Assembly: GCA_038042445.1 (NCBI GenBank) | Contig: JBBTED010000139.1 | Coordinates: 1 to 27,143, forward strand | DNA: 27,143 nucleotides | Origin: Candidatus Firestoneibacteriota bacterium | GTDB taxonomy: Bacteria > Oederibacteriota > D2-FULL-39-29 > JBBTED01 | Direction of reading: 5' to 3' | The notes under the pieces: generated by a model | Told to the model about the DNA's origin: nothing | The model's database searches: none | Seen by the model: the letters and a program-made list of their open reading frames with translations, nothing else | In this document: positions 1-9,545 of the stretch, in pieces | Layout: the number at the start of each line of letters is the position of its first letter | How positions within the stretch are numbered: the stretch's first letter is position 1 | Program-made: the position numbers and the translations under genes

Positions 1-2
1 TG

Positions 3-1361
3 GATGAATTTGGAGTTAATACCTATAAAACGTGGTCCGAAGGCGAATCTCTATTTCTTCAAGGTAAAATATTTTCTGAAAAACTGGACAATGAAACTAT
101 GCAATTTTACAAAACACGACAAGACATCAAAAGGGTTTTTGCAAATCAGCAAATAGGAAAAGTTGTTAGTGCACAGTGTTTTACATTAAATTCCTCTTTT
201 GCAAGAGGTTTAAACAAAATTAAACACTTGATTCCACCTGAGGCATTTCAAACAACCTCTGAATGGCATGATTATTTTAGATTTGATCCTTCAAATTCAT
301 TTGCAAGAGAAATTTATGAAACTGATTATAAAGAAACAACTAAATTTCTTCTTGAAATTGGTATGAACCCTTTTATTTATCACATTTTAAATGAGCCATA
401 TTACAATAGTTTTGGCAAGGAAAATCTATTGAATTTTAGGAAATGGATAGAGAATTATTATGAAAATATAGACAATGCAAATAAACAATGGGGAAGTCAT
501 TTCAATAGTATTGAAGAAGCAATTGTTTTAATACAAAAAAACCAGGCAGGAGTAAGTAAGATTGCCCCAGGACTTTGGATTGAATGGATGGATTTTATGA
601 GTGATACTTTATCAAATCATCTTAAAGGATTCAAAGAAGATATTTTGTCAGCAGACAAAAGGTCTGTTCCTAAATATTTTAATGTCCAGCCATCTGGAAT
701 TCCAAATTTAAATAGTATGTCTAATGTATTTGATTATACAAAATTAATGGAATGGTTTGATGTGATGGTAATTGAATATGGTGGGCCAACATACGGTGGA
801 GGACAAAGTGCAAAGGAAAACGATCCTTATGCTACAGGTCTTAATATGAGCAGAATGGAAAAGATATTAAATATGGATATAGGAAGAGCAATAGCAAATG
901 GAAAACCTGTTTTTGACGGTGAGATGGCATGTAGGCGTGTTGAAGGAGGAATAAGAGTTTCTTCACATAATTATGATTTAGGAACAAGTTTATGGGAAGA
1001 GGCAATACACGGTATTAGTTTTACCATTATTTATACATGGGGTTCGCGAAGTTGGGAATGGAAAACTTATGAAGAGGCAAAAAAGAGTGCTATGGGAGAA
1101 TCATATAGAGGGTGTTATTTGCTAAACCCTTATAATTATTCACTTGAGTCTCTAAAGGATTTAAAGAGATTTAGAAATGAGATAGACCGTTTAGCAGATG
1201 TAGTTCTTCCAATGCCAAGGACAAAAGGCAAAGCAGGAATTATTTTTGCGCATAAACATAATTGGTTGTCAGGATTGAAAGATATAGAAAATTTTAGTTT
1301 TGTTCAGGGTGCTTTAATGAATCTGCATATACCTTATGAAAATTCTAAATGTTTTGCTTGA
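3..1361 (+). CDS. GH42/clan GH-A beta-galactosidase-like glycoside hydrolase; 5'-partial and probably C-terminally truncated
   Basis: Frame is open from the window start (DEFGVNTYKTW... runs into the M at 99). Motifs: ILNEP (acid/base), FRKWIENYYENIDNANKQWG (GH42-type FRxWL..Y..I..LN..WG) and PVFDGE (nucleophile region). It ends just after ALMNLHIPYE, where the trimerisation domain would normally begin. Confidence 0.6.
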   Translation, partial: DEFGVNTYKTWSEGESLFLQGKIFSEKLDNETMQFYKTRQDIKRVFANQQIGKVVSAQCFTLNSSFARGLNKIKHLIPPEAFQTTSEWHDYFRFDPSNSFAREIYETDYKETTKFLLEIGMNPFIYHILNEPYYNSFGKENLLNFRKWIENYYENIDNANKQWGSHFNSIEEAIVLIQKNQAGVSKIAPGLWIEWMDFMSDTLSNHLKGFKEDILSADKRSVPKYFNVQPSGIPNLNSMSNVFDYTKLMEWFDVMVIEYGGPTYGGGQSAKENDPYATGLNMSRMEKILNMDIGRAIANGKPVFDGEMACRRVEGGIRVSSHNYDLGTSLWEEAIHGISFTIIYTWGSRSWEWKTYEEAKKSAMGESYRGCYLLNPYNYSLESLKDLKRFRNEIDRLADVVLPMPRTKGKAGIIFAHKHNWLSGLKDIENFSFVQGALMNLHIPYENSKCFA

Positions 1362-1385
1362 TAAAGCGGTATTTTGTGGTAAAAT
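1358..1385 (+). promoter_or_regulatory. Putative sigma70 promoter of the moxR operon
   Basis: TTGATA (1358-1363), 16-bp spacer, extended -10 TGgTAAAAT (1377-1385). An alternative TATAAT lies at 1385-1390. Confidence 0.45.
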
Positions 1386-1435
1386 ATAATTGTTAAGAGT
1401 CTGGATTCCTGTTTGTACAGGAATGACATAAAAAA

Positions 1436-2449
1436 ATGAAAGAAAATATGGAAAAAGATGATATAAAGTTAGTTGAAGAGTTAAAGAAGGCAAAGGAGTT
1501 ATTATTTGCGGAGATTGGGAAAGTTATAATAGGCCAGAAACCTGTTGTGGAGGAAATGCTTATATGTTTATTTTCCAAAGGGAATTGTCTTTTGGAAGGT
1601 GTTCCCGGGTTGGCAAAAACTTTGCTTGTTCGGACAATTGCACGAGTTTTAAATCTTAAATTCAAGAGAATACAATTTACTCCTGATTTAATGCCTTCTG
1701 ATATAACAGGGACAGATATAATAGAAGAAGATAAAACATCAGGAAAGAGAATTTTTCGGTTTGTTCAGGGTCCTATATTTGCAAATATAGTTTTAGCAGA
1801 TGAAATTAACAGAACTCCTCCTAAAACACAGGCTGCGCTTTTAGAGGCAATGCAGGAACATATGGTTACAGCAGCGGGAAATACCTATAAACTTGAAGAA
1901 CCATTTTTTGTGCTTGCCACGCAAAATCCAATTGAACAGGAAGGAACATATCCGTTACCTGAAGCACAATTAGACAGATTTATGTTTAATATTTTTATAG
2001 GTTATCCTACAGAAGAAGAAGAAAGAGAGATAATTAAAACTACTACAACTGGAGAAATAGAAAATGTAAAAATGATTTTTAATGGAGAAGAAATTCTAAA
2101 ATTGCAGCAAGCTGTGCGTAAAATTCCTGTTTCAGACCACATAGTAAATTACGGAATGTCAATAGCAAGGCGAACACGTCCAAAAGAGCCAGAGGCATTA
2201 GATTTTATTAAGCGATGGGTTAGTTGGGGTGCTGGTCCAAGGGCTGCTCAGTATTTAATAATTGGTGCAAAAGCACATGCTTTATTAAATGGGAGTTATA
2301 ATGTAAGTTGTGAGGATATTCGTGCTGTTGCATTACCTGTCCTGCGTCATAGAATAATTACAAATTTCAATGCAGAAGCAGAAGGAGTGAGTTCTGCTGT
2401 TATAATAAAGAAGTTGTTAGAGGCAATTCCAGAGCCGTCCTATAAATGA
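1436..2449 (+). CDS. moxR: MoxR family AAA+ ATPase
   Basis: Walker A EGVPGLAKT, RIQFTPDLMPSDITG, Walker B LADEINR, ATQNPIEQEGTYPLPEAQLDRF and GAGPRA. Confidence 0.96.
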   Translation: MKENMEKDDIKLVEELKKAKELLFAEIGKVIIGQKPVVEEMLICLFSKGNCLLEGVPGLAKTLLVRTIARVLNLKFKRIQFTPDLMPSDITGTDIIEEDKTSGKRIFRFVQGPIFANIVLADEINRTPPKTQAALLEAMQEHMVTAAGNTYKLEEPFFVLATQNPIEQEGTYPLPEAQLDRFMFNIFIGYPTEEEEREIIKTTTTGEIENVKMIFNGEEILKLQQAVRKIPVSDHIVNYGMSIARRTRPKEPEALDFIKRWVSWGAGPRAAQYLIIGAKAHALLNGSYNVSCEDIRAVALPVLRHRIITNFNAEAEGVSSAVIIKKLLEAIPEPSYK

Positions 2450-3324
2450 AAAGCAGGTTTTTAGATCCTATAATTGTTGATAAATTCCTTAATCAAAATA
2501 TCAAACCAAAAGGTTTAGTTGAAGGATTTGTTACAGGGTTACATAGAAGTCCTTTTCACGGGTTTTCAGTTGAATTTGCTGAGCATAGGCCATATAGCAC
2601 TGGAGATGAAATAAAACATTTGGATTTGAAAGTCTATGGAAAAAGCGATAGATTTTATGTAAAACAATACGAAGATGAAACAAATATGAGAGTTTGCTTT
2701 TTGCTGGATATAAGCAAGTCTATGTCCTATAAAAGTAATGGTATAAGCAAACTTGAATATGGATGTTATCTTGTAGCATTATTGTCTTACATATTATTAA
2801 AACAAGGAGATGCTGTAGGTTTTTTTGCTTTCAATAATTCTATTCGTCATTTTATACCGCCTAAAAGTACATTAGGTCATTTGCAGACAATACTTGAAGA
2901 ATTTGAAAAAATAGAGCCAGAAGGTGACACAGATTTAAGCAAGCCATTAAATGAAATTGCAGAAAAAATGAAAAGACGTGCTTTGATATTTATAATATCG
3001 GATTTAATTGATGATGAACAAAAAGTAATATCAGCACTCAGGCATTTCAGACATAATAAACATGAATGTACAGTTTTTCATATACTTGACGAAATGGAAT
3101 TAAATCTTTCATTTGGGAGTATGGTAACATTTGAAGATTTGGAAAACAAAGAACGTTTACAAGTTGATACCCGTTATATAGCTGATGATTACAAAAAAGA
3201 AATCAATAATTTTATTGATAGATACAAACAGAGTTGTTCTGAAAGTATGATTGAATATGTTCAAGTTACTACTGGTATCCCTTACGACCAATTTTTAACA
3301 GCATATTTAAATGATATTCGCTAA
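2446..3324 (+). CDS. DUF58 family vWA-like protein (MoxR partner)
   Basis: GLHRSPFHGFSVEFAEHRPYSTGD, YVKQYEDETN, LLDISKSM (MIDAS-like) and IISD. Start overlaps the moxR stop. Confidence 0.93.
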   Translation: MKSRFLDPIIVDKFLNQNIKPKGLVEGFVTGLHRSPFHGFSVEFAEHRPYSTGDEIKHLDLKVYGKSDRFYVKQYEDETNMRVCFLLDISKSMSYKSNGISKLEYGCYLVALLSYILLKQGDAVGFFAFNNSIRHFIPPKSTLGHLQTILEEFEKIEPEGDTDLSKPLNEIAEKMKRRALIFIISDLIDDEQKVISALRHFRHNKHECTVFHILDEMELNLSFGSMVTFEDLENKERLQVDTRYIADDYKKEINNFIDRYKQSCSESMIEYVQVTTGIPYDQFLTAYLNDIR

Positions 3325-5245
3325 TCCTTGGTTTTTATTAGGGCTTTTTACAGTTTCAATACCTGTATTGCTACATTTATTTGGTAAGCATACGAAAAAA
3401 GTAATTCCATTTAGTACCTTGCGTTTTTTGCGGGAGTTAAGCAGAAAAACATCCAGAAAAATAAATTTACTGCAATTGCTTTTGCTGATTTTGCGAATTT
3501 TAATTCTTACCTTTTTGATATTGGCAGTATCCAAACCTGTTATAAAAACATCAAAATTTTTATTTAAATCAGGTGGAGGAACAACAAGTGTTGTATTGAT
3601 ACTTGACAATTCTTTTAGTATGCAATATGAGGTTGAAAAAGGAAGGACTGCATTTGGTATTGCAAAAGAAATAGCACAGAATGTAATCCTGAATTTAAAA
3701 AGTGGAGATTCTGCTTCACTGATATTAACCAATGATACAAATTCAGTTAATTCGGGTTCGCCAAGTTATGATTTGTCTGCTATTACAGAAAATATAAAAC
3801 AAGCTAATGCTTCTAATTTAGTAGCAGATATGCAAAAATCAGTTGCAGATGCTTTGACGAGTCTTGAGAAATCCACAGAATACAATCAGGAGATATATAT
3901 AGTAGCTGATACGCAAAAAATAAGTTTTAAGAATTTACTTGTTGATAAATTGAAACTTTCCAAGAAAAGAAAAATCACATTTTTTATAGTAAATGTTCAG
4001 CCGGAAAATGCAGTAAATACTGCAGTATTACAAGTAAGACCACAAAATTACGCTTGTATTGCGCCAGGTAATATCAGTATCACAGTGCAGGTGCGTAATT
4101 TTAGTAGTATACCACAAGTTAAATCTATTTCGCTTTTTCTTGATGGTGAAAAGAAAACATCAAAGTTTTTGAATTTAGGGCCAATGGGAACTGCTAATGA
4201 AGTAATAAATGAGAAAATAATTAAATCCGGTGTTCATTCAGGTTATGTTGAATTAGAATCAGACAATCTTTCGGTAGATGACAAGCGATATTTTAGTTTT
4301 ACTGCATACAGTAAAATTCCTGTTCTGATAGTTAAAGCATCTGGCAATAGTGATTATTTTTACATATCATCTGCAATTGCACCTCAGAAATCAGAGTCTA
4401 TATTTGATGTTAATACAAGAGATAGTTCAAGTGTTGGGTTAATTAATAATCAGGATTATAAAGTAGTTGTGCTTACAGATGTAACAGAAGGTTTGAATAT
4501 TAATAATTATGTTGAAAATGGTGGAGGAGTTTTACTAATAGGTGAAGGAGTTAAAAATTTAGCTGAATTGAATTTTACAACACGTCAGGTTCCCTCGTTA
4601 AATAAATATTTAATTATAGATTGGGTTGATTACTTAAGCCCTATATTTGAGCCATTTAAACTGCAGGGTTCCGGGAACTTAAGTTATGCAAAATTTTATA
4701 AAATTATATCCAGTGAATCAACGAAGTTACCTTCGGATATTAAAATTCTTGCTAAATTCAATGATGATACACCTGCTTTATGTGAGAAAGATATGGGAAA
4801 AGGCAAACTTATTTTTTTTGCAAGTAGATTTACCGGTGAATGGAGTGATTTTTATTTAAAACCGACTTTTGTTCCGTTGATAAACCAAATAATATTTTAT
4901 TTGAGTGTTCCATCAACAAAAGTGGAAAATATTGCAGGTAGTTATATAAAAAAAGAACAGATATTAGTCCCGGGAATACATAATGTTCAAGGTGAAACTA
5001 TACCTGTAAATGTGGATGCTGAAGAATCCAATTTAAAAACTATAGAGCCAGATTTATTAACAAATGCATTGCCGGGATTTAAAGTTAATTTTATTGCAGA
5101 CCCGTCAAAGCTTAATGAAGCAGTTGAAAAAGAACGTATCGGAATATCTTTGGAGGAAAATTTTATATATATAGCATTAATGTTAATTCTTTTGGAGATA
5201 ATTGTGTCAAATTTATTAGCCAGAAAAGCAAAGCAAAATGCATAA
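3311..5245 (+). CDS. BatA N-terminal domain / vWA domain membrane protein
   Basis: N-terminal FANPWFLLGL..IPVLLHL...FSTLRFL...LLLLILR (BatA-type double TM), MIDAS-like LILDNSFSM, DNLSVDDKRY and a C-terminal TM ending LEIIVSN. Confidence 0.85.
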   Translation: MIFANPWFLLGLFTVSIPVLLHLFGKHTKKVIPFSTLRFLRELSRKTSRKINLLQLLLLILRILILTFLILAVSKPVIKTSKFLFKSGGGTTSVVLILDNSFSMQYEVEKGRTAFGIAKEIAQNVILNLKSGDSASLILTNDTNSVNSGSPSYDLSAITENIKQANASNLVADMQKSVADALTSLEKSTEYNQEIYIVADTQKISFKNLLVDKLKLSKKRKITFFIVNVQPENAVNTAVLQVRPQNYACIAPGNISITVQVRNFSSIPQVKSISLFLDGEKKTSKFLNLGPMGTANEVINEKIIKSGVHSGYVELESDNLSVDDKRYFSFTAYSKIPVLIVKASGNSDYFYISSAIAPQKSESIFDVNTRDSSSVGLINNQDYKVVVLTDVTEGLNINNYVENGGGVLLIGEGVKNLAELNFTTRQVPSLNKYLIIDWVDYLSPIFEPFKLQGSGNLSYAKFYKIISSESTKLPSDIKILAKFNDDTPALCEKDMGKGKLIFFASRFTGEWSDFYLKPTFVPLINQIIFYLSVPSTKVENIAGSYIKKEQILVPGIHNVQGETIPVNVDAEESNLKTIEPDLLTNALPGFKVNFIADPSKLNEAVEKERIGISLEENFIYIALMLILLEIIVSNLLARKAKQNA

Positions 5246-7454
5246 TTTAAAAATTCAATTCGCACAGAGTTTGGGAGCTACGGGGGTTATATTATTTCTA
5301 TTAGTAATAGTTGGGTCTATTATAAGTTGCCTGAAATTATTACAGAATTTCGACAAAAAATTCAGAATCACTTTGCTAATTATAAGGTTGCTATCGTTAA
5401 TGGTTATACTAATTTATATTTTGAAGCCTTCTGTTATTTGGACAAAAGTAGCGCCAAAGAAAAATACAGTTGCTGTATTAGTTGATCGCTCTAAAAGTAT
5501 GAATACTATGGAAGGCTCTATAGGCCGAATGCGTTCTCAATTAGCTTATGAGGTTGTAACTGAAGAATTGCAAAAAAACTTAAGTGAAAAATATGAATTG
5601 AAATTCTATGGTTTTTCAAAAGATTGTGAAGAAATGAGTGAAAGTAATCTTGGTATTATCAAAAAAGCAGATGGAAAATTTACTGCAATTGGTGATACTT
5701 TTGCATTTGTAAGTGAAGTAGCTAAATATGAGCCAATACATAGCGTAGTGTTTTTGTCTGATGGGTCAAATAATTATGGAATGGATCCATTTAAAGCAAT
5801 TGATATTTTAAATACGCCGGTTTATGCAATAGGCGTAGGTAAAGAGGGAGGAGTATCAAAAACAGAAAATATAACCATAGAATCCGTAGAAACAAATGCG
5901 CAGTGTATAGTTAATAGTTTACTTGATGTCCATGTTGTTTTGCGGAATAGAGGTAGTATGTCAGCTTCTGCAACAGTTGAGCTTTTAGAAAACGGTATTC
6001 ATCCTGTTGATAAAGTAATAGTAAATTTTTCACCTAATACACCAATTCAAAAAGTAAAGCTGAAATTAATTGCAAGTAAAGTTGGTAAATTCAAATATTT
6101 TGTACGCATATCTGATGATGTGCAAAAAAGTTTTCCTCTTAATGTAAAGAATATTAAAATACGTGTGCTTTATATAGAGGGTGCGCCAAGATGGGAGTAT
6201 AAATTTTTGCGAAGGGCATTGCAGGAAGATTCTAATATAGAACTTACCTGTTTTTTGCGTTTAGCCGGCAATAAAATGTATCAGCAGGATACAGGTGTTA
6301 GTGGAAATGCCCCATTTCCACAAAACTTAGAAGATTTTTCAAGGTATGATGCTATAATTCTTGGGGATATAGAACGCAATTTCTTTACAGATAGATTTTT
6401 GTCTGATTTATCTATTGCTGTGTCAGAACGAGGAATAGGTTTAGTAATACTTGCCGGTTTAAAAAGTTTGAGCAATGGCGAATATGATTTATCACCTTTA
6501 TCTTCTGCAATTCCAGTTGTAATTGGTAATATATCATCAAGACAAATAAAATCAGATTTTAGACTTGAATTGACAAATGAAGGAGAAACACATCCAATAT
6601 TCAGATGGTCCGATAAAAAAGATGAAAATAAAAGATATTGGGAAAACTTGCCGGGTTGGTCAAATTGTGTCCGGACATTAAAGCCCAAACTTAGCACTAA
6701 TATACTTGCAGTTTATCCTTCCAAATCAGAAGCCAACAAGATAATTTTAGTGGCTGTTGGGCCCTATGGTAAAGGCAGGTCAATGATAATAACCACAGAT
6801 ACTATGTGGAAATGGGCTGTGGATTTAAAAGGGGCGAAGATAGGTTATGAAAAATTCTGGGGGCAGTCAATACGATGGATGTCTGCATGGCGTATTGAAA
6901 ATAAAGATGTTGAAGCTGTTCGTTTGTCAACATCCAAAGATGTGCTTGCAAAATTTGAGCCTGTTGAAATTGCAGCTAAAATATCGGACAAAGAAGGAAA
7001 ACCTTTAACAGGCGTTTCTGTTTCTGCAACAATAAAAACTCCAAAAGGTGTAGTTGAACAATTGCCAATTGTAAAATCACCAGGAAGTTTAGGCAAATAT
7101 TCAATTACTTATGTTCCTGAAGATGTTGGTAATTATGAAATTTCAGTTAGTGCTAAAGAAGGTGCTAAAATACTTGGAGAAGATGATTGCAAAATTATAG
7201 TTTCTGGTCAGGAATTAGAACTGAAAAATGTAGATTTCAATAAAGAATTTTTAAAAAGCATAGCAAAAGAAAGTGGCGGTGAATATTTTAATTACGACGA
7301 AATAAGCAAGTTAGTATTTACAATAAAAGAGTCAAAACGTATAATTGCACCAGTGAAAAAAGAACATAAAATAGGCGGTTTATTTCTGATACTATGTTTT
7401 ACTGGTCTTGTTAGTATTGAGTGGATACTTCGGAGGCAAAAGGACATCTTGTAA
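5238..7454 (+). CDS. vWA domain + class I glutamine-amidotransferase-like membrane protein of the MoxR cluster
   Basis: Two N-terminal TMs, VLVDRSKSM, LSDG, VLYIEGAPRWEYKFLRRAL, YDAIILGD, YGKGRS..TDTMWKW, FWGQSIRW and C-terminal EWILRR. Confidence 0.82.
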   Translation: MHNLKIQFAQSLGATGVILFLLVIVGSIISCLKLLQNFDKKFRITLLIIRLLSLMVILIYILKPSVIWTKVAPKKNTVAVLVDRSKSMNTMEGSIGRMRSQLAYEVVTEELQKNLSEKYELKFYGFSKDCEEMSESNLGIIKKADGKFTAIGDTFAFVSEVAKYEPIHSVVFLSDGSNNYGMDPFKAIDILNTPVYAIGVGKEGGVSKTENITIESVETNAQCIVNSLLDVHVVLRNRGSMSASATVELLENGIHPVDKVIVNFSPNTPIQKVKLKLIASKVGKFKYFVRISDDVQKSFPLNVKNIKIRVLYIEGAPRWEYKFLRRALQEDSNIELTCFLRLAGNKMYQQDTGVSGNAPFPQNLEDFSRYDAIILGDIERNFFTDRFLSDLSIAVSERGIGLVILAGLKSLSNGEYDLSPLSSAIPVVIGNISSRQIKSDFRLELTNEGETHPIFRWSDKKDENKRYWENLPGWSNCVRTLKPKLSTNILAVYPSKSEANKIILVAVGPYGKGRSMIITTDTMWKWAVDLKGAKIGYEKFWGQSIRWMSAWRIENKDVEAVRLSTSKDVLAKFEPVEIAAKISDKEGKPLTGVSVSATIKTPKGVVEQLPIVKSPGSLGKYSITYVPEDVGNYEISVSAKEGAKILGEDDCKIIVSGQELELKNVDFNKEFLKSIAKESGGEYFNYDEISKLVFTIKESKRIIAPVKKEHKIGGLFLILCFTGLVSIEWILRRQKDIL

Positions 7455-7496
7455 AATCAAAAATATGAAAAATGCAAAGTGTAAAATGCAAAATGA
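7453..7496 (+). repeat. Intergenic A-rich heptamer tandem repeat
   Basis: AAAATCA AAAATAT ga AAAATGC AAAGTGT AAAATGC AAAATGA. Confidence 0.6.
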
Positions 7497-7511
7497 CGTG
7501 AAGGTCTAAAA

Positions 7512-9545
7512 ATGTCAAATAAAGTATGGTATATGCTGGAGAATACTGAATTAAAGAAAAGTTTAGGTGTGCTTATTTTTTTTCTTGCATTTATGCTATA
7601 TCTTGTGACTTTAGCACCAAGCATAAGCATTCGTGATAGTGGGGATATGATAACTTCTGCATATACGCTTGGAATTTCACATCCCCCGGGATATCCACTT
7701 TATATGCTACTTGGAAAACTTTGGACATTTATACCGTTTGGGAGTATTGCATACCGTTTAAATTTAATGTCTGCAATTTTTGCAGCATTATCAGTTGTAT
7801 TAGTATATCTTACTTCTCTAAAATTAATACACCCTACAGAAGGAAAAATAGAATTTTCTGAATATGCGATATCTGGTATTACTGCTATATTGTTTGCAGT
7901 ATCTTTTACTTTTTGGTCTTATGCCACTATTGGCGAGAAATATTCTTTGCATGCTTTTTTAAATATACTACTAATTTATATGTTTTTAAATTTATTATAT
8001 TCGCCAGTATCTTCAAAGGTTGTGTATCTGTTTGCTTTTTTATCTGGATTGAGTCTTACACATCATCCTGTAACTTTATTTGTTATATTCCCGGCAATCA
8101 TATTGCTTTTGGTGAAAAATCATAAGCCAAAGATATTGATGCTCAAAATATTTTTATATTTTTCTATTGGGTTATTGTTTTACCTGTATTTGCCAATTAG
8201 ATTAAATACAGGTGCATTATCAAAATGGGGTAATTTATCAACGGTATCTGATTTGTTTAGTTATATATCTGTTAAATTATATAGAGATGTAGCTTCTCCT
8301 ATAACATCAATAGCAGAATTAATTTCACGATTGAAATTCCAAATTGGAGAAAATTTTTTAAGGCAGTTTACCATTATAGGAGTAATTTTAGCCTTCTATG
8401 GTAGCTATAAATTATATAAAATTAACAAACAGATATTAATTTTCTTTATATCTGTTATTTTATTAAATGCTATATTTTGTATGACGCATAGTTTTGACCA
8501 TTTGATAGATGTATATTATCTTGCATCATTTATTATTGTATTTCTTTTGATTTCAGTTGCTATTAAATTTGTAATGGAGAAAATCTCTAAAAATTTTATA
8601 AAAGTTATTATTTTAATTGCTTTTTTGTTAATTCCTGTATTTTTGTTTTTCAGGAATTATAATGATTTGAATCGTAGAGAGGAATATCTGATTTATACAT
8701 ACAGTTATGATGTTTTGAAATCTACAAAGCCAAATTCAACTATTTTTGTTGATGACGATGAATCGCTTTTTGGGTTGTGGTATTTGCAAGAAGTTGAAAA
8801 ATTTCGCTGTGATGTCCAAGTAGATGGAGTTAACACTATAGATGTCAATAAACCGCTTAATGATTCTGTTTATCTTACAAATTTACCTGTTTCTTCTAAA
8901 TTCTGGGGCAAAAAATTTTTACTGCCAGAAGGTTTGGTTTATAAAATCTCTCATAATTCAGAAAATCTCCCTCTATTCCCCTTTACAAAAGGGGGAAGTT
9001 CTTTACTGTATTGGCTTAATATAAAAGAGAGAAGTTTGTTTAATAAAAATATAAAAGCTGATTATAGGCTGAATTTATTTGTGAAGCATTATCCTTATGC
9101 TCATTATAATTGGGCAAATTTTTTAAAAGAAAACAGTTTGTATGATTTTGCAATTGATGAATATAAATATACCTTGGAAATTTTGCCTAATTTTATTGAA
9201 GCATATTCAGGGCTTGGAGAAATTTATGAGAGAAAAGCACTCTATGAAAAATCAGCTTTCTATTATAGAGAAACATTGATTTTAGGAAAATATTTTAATG
9301 AAAAATTTGAAAAAGGTCTACAATTTTATAATAACAAAAAATTCAAAGAAGCATCTTTTTTATTTAAAAAAACAATAGCAGAACTTTATTTTGTTAAAGC
9401 AAAAATATTTTTGAATGAGCATAAATATTATGATGCAAGGTATTATTTGGAGAAATCAATTGCTTTTGGAAATAATTCCAATGAAGTGAAAACTATTTTG
9501 AGTCAGATTCTTTTTCCTTTACGGGGCACTTTGCACACTTTATGA
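7512..9545 (+). CDS. DUF2723 (TMEM260-like, GT-C fold) membrane protein with C-terminal TPR-like repeats
   Basis: TLAPSISIRDSGDMITSAYTLGISHPPGYPLY signature, multiple TMs, LYLPIR, DDDESLFGLWYLQ and TPR-like AIDEYKYTLEILPNFIEAYSGLG. The start may be 7533. Confidence 0.88.
   Translation: MSNKVWYMLENTELKKSLGVLIFFLAFMLYLVTLAPSISIRDSGDMITSAYTLGISHPPGYPLYMLLGKLWTFIPFGSIAYRLNLMSAIFAALSVVLVYLTSLKLIHPTEGKIEFSEYAISGITAILFAVSFTFWSYATIGEKYSLHAFLNILLIYMFLNLLYSPVSSKVVYLFAFLSGLSLTHHPVTLFVIFPAIILLLVKNHKPKILMLKIFLYFSIGLLFYLYLPIRLNTGALSKWGNLSTVSDLFSYISVKLYRDVASPITSIAELISRLKFQIGENFLRQFTIIGVILAFYGSYKLYKINKQILIFFISVILLNAIFCMTHSFDHLIDVYYLASFIIVFLLISVAIKFVMEKISKNFIKVIILIAFLLIPVFLFFRNYNDLNRREEYLIYTYSYDVLKSTKPNSTIFVDDDESLFGLWYLQEVEKFRCDVQVDGVNTIDVNKPLNDSVYLTNLPVSSKFWGKKFLLPEGLVYKISHNSENLPLFPFTKGGSSLLYWLNIKERSLFNKNIKADYRLNLFVKHYPYAHYNWANFLKENSLYDFAIDEYKYTLEILPNFIEAYSGLGEIYERKALYEKSAFYYRETLILGKYFNEKFEKGLQFYNNKKFKEASFLFKKTIAELYFVKAKIFLNEHKYYDARYYLEKSIAFGNNSNEVKTILSQILFPLRGTLHTL
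8964..8997. repeat. CCCCTTT-NNN-AAAGGGG palindromic element inside the DUF2723 CDS
   Basis: aatctccctctattCCCCTTTacaAAAGGGGGaa; encodes NLPLFPFTKGG. Confidence 0.5.

Noticed and set aside
6301..6321. Hairpin GTGGAAATG-ccc-CATTTCCAC in the vWA/GATase-like gene
   Set aside because: It has no resemblance to the other repeat families and overlaps a plausible conserved FP motif; a 9-bp stem can arise by chance in 27 kb.
1436..7454. MoxR-vWA cluster as a novel system
   Set aside because: The moxR-DUF58-BatA/vWA-vWA arrangement is a known, widespread operon type, although poorly characterised functionally.
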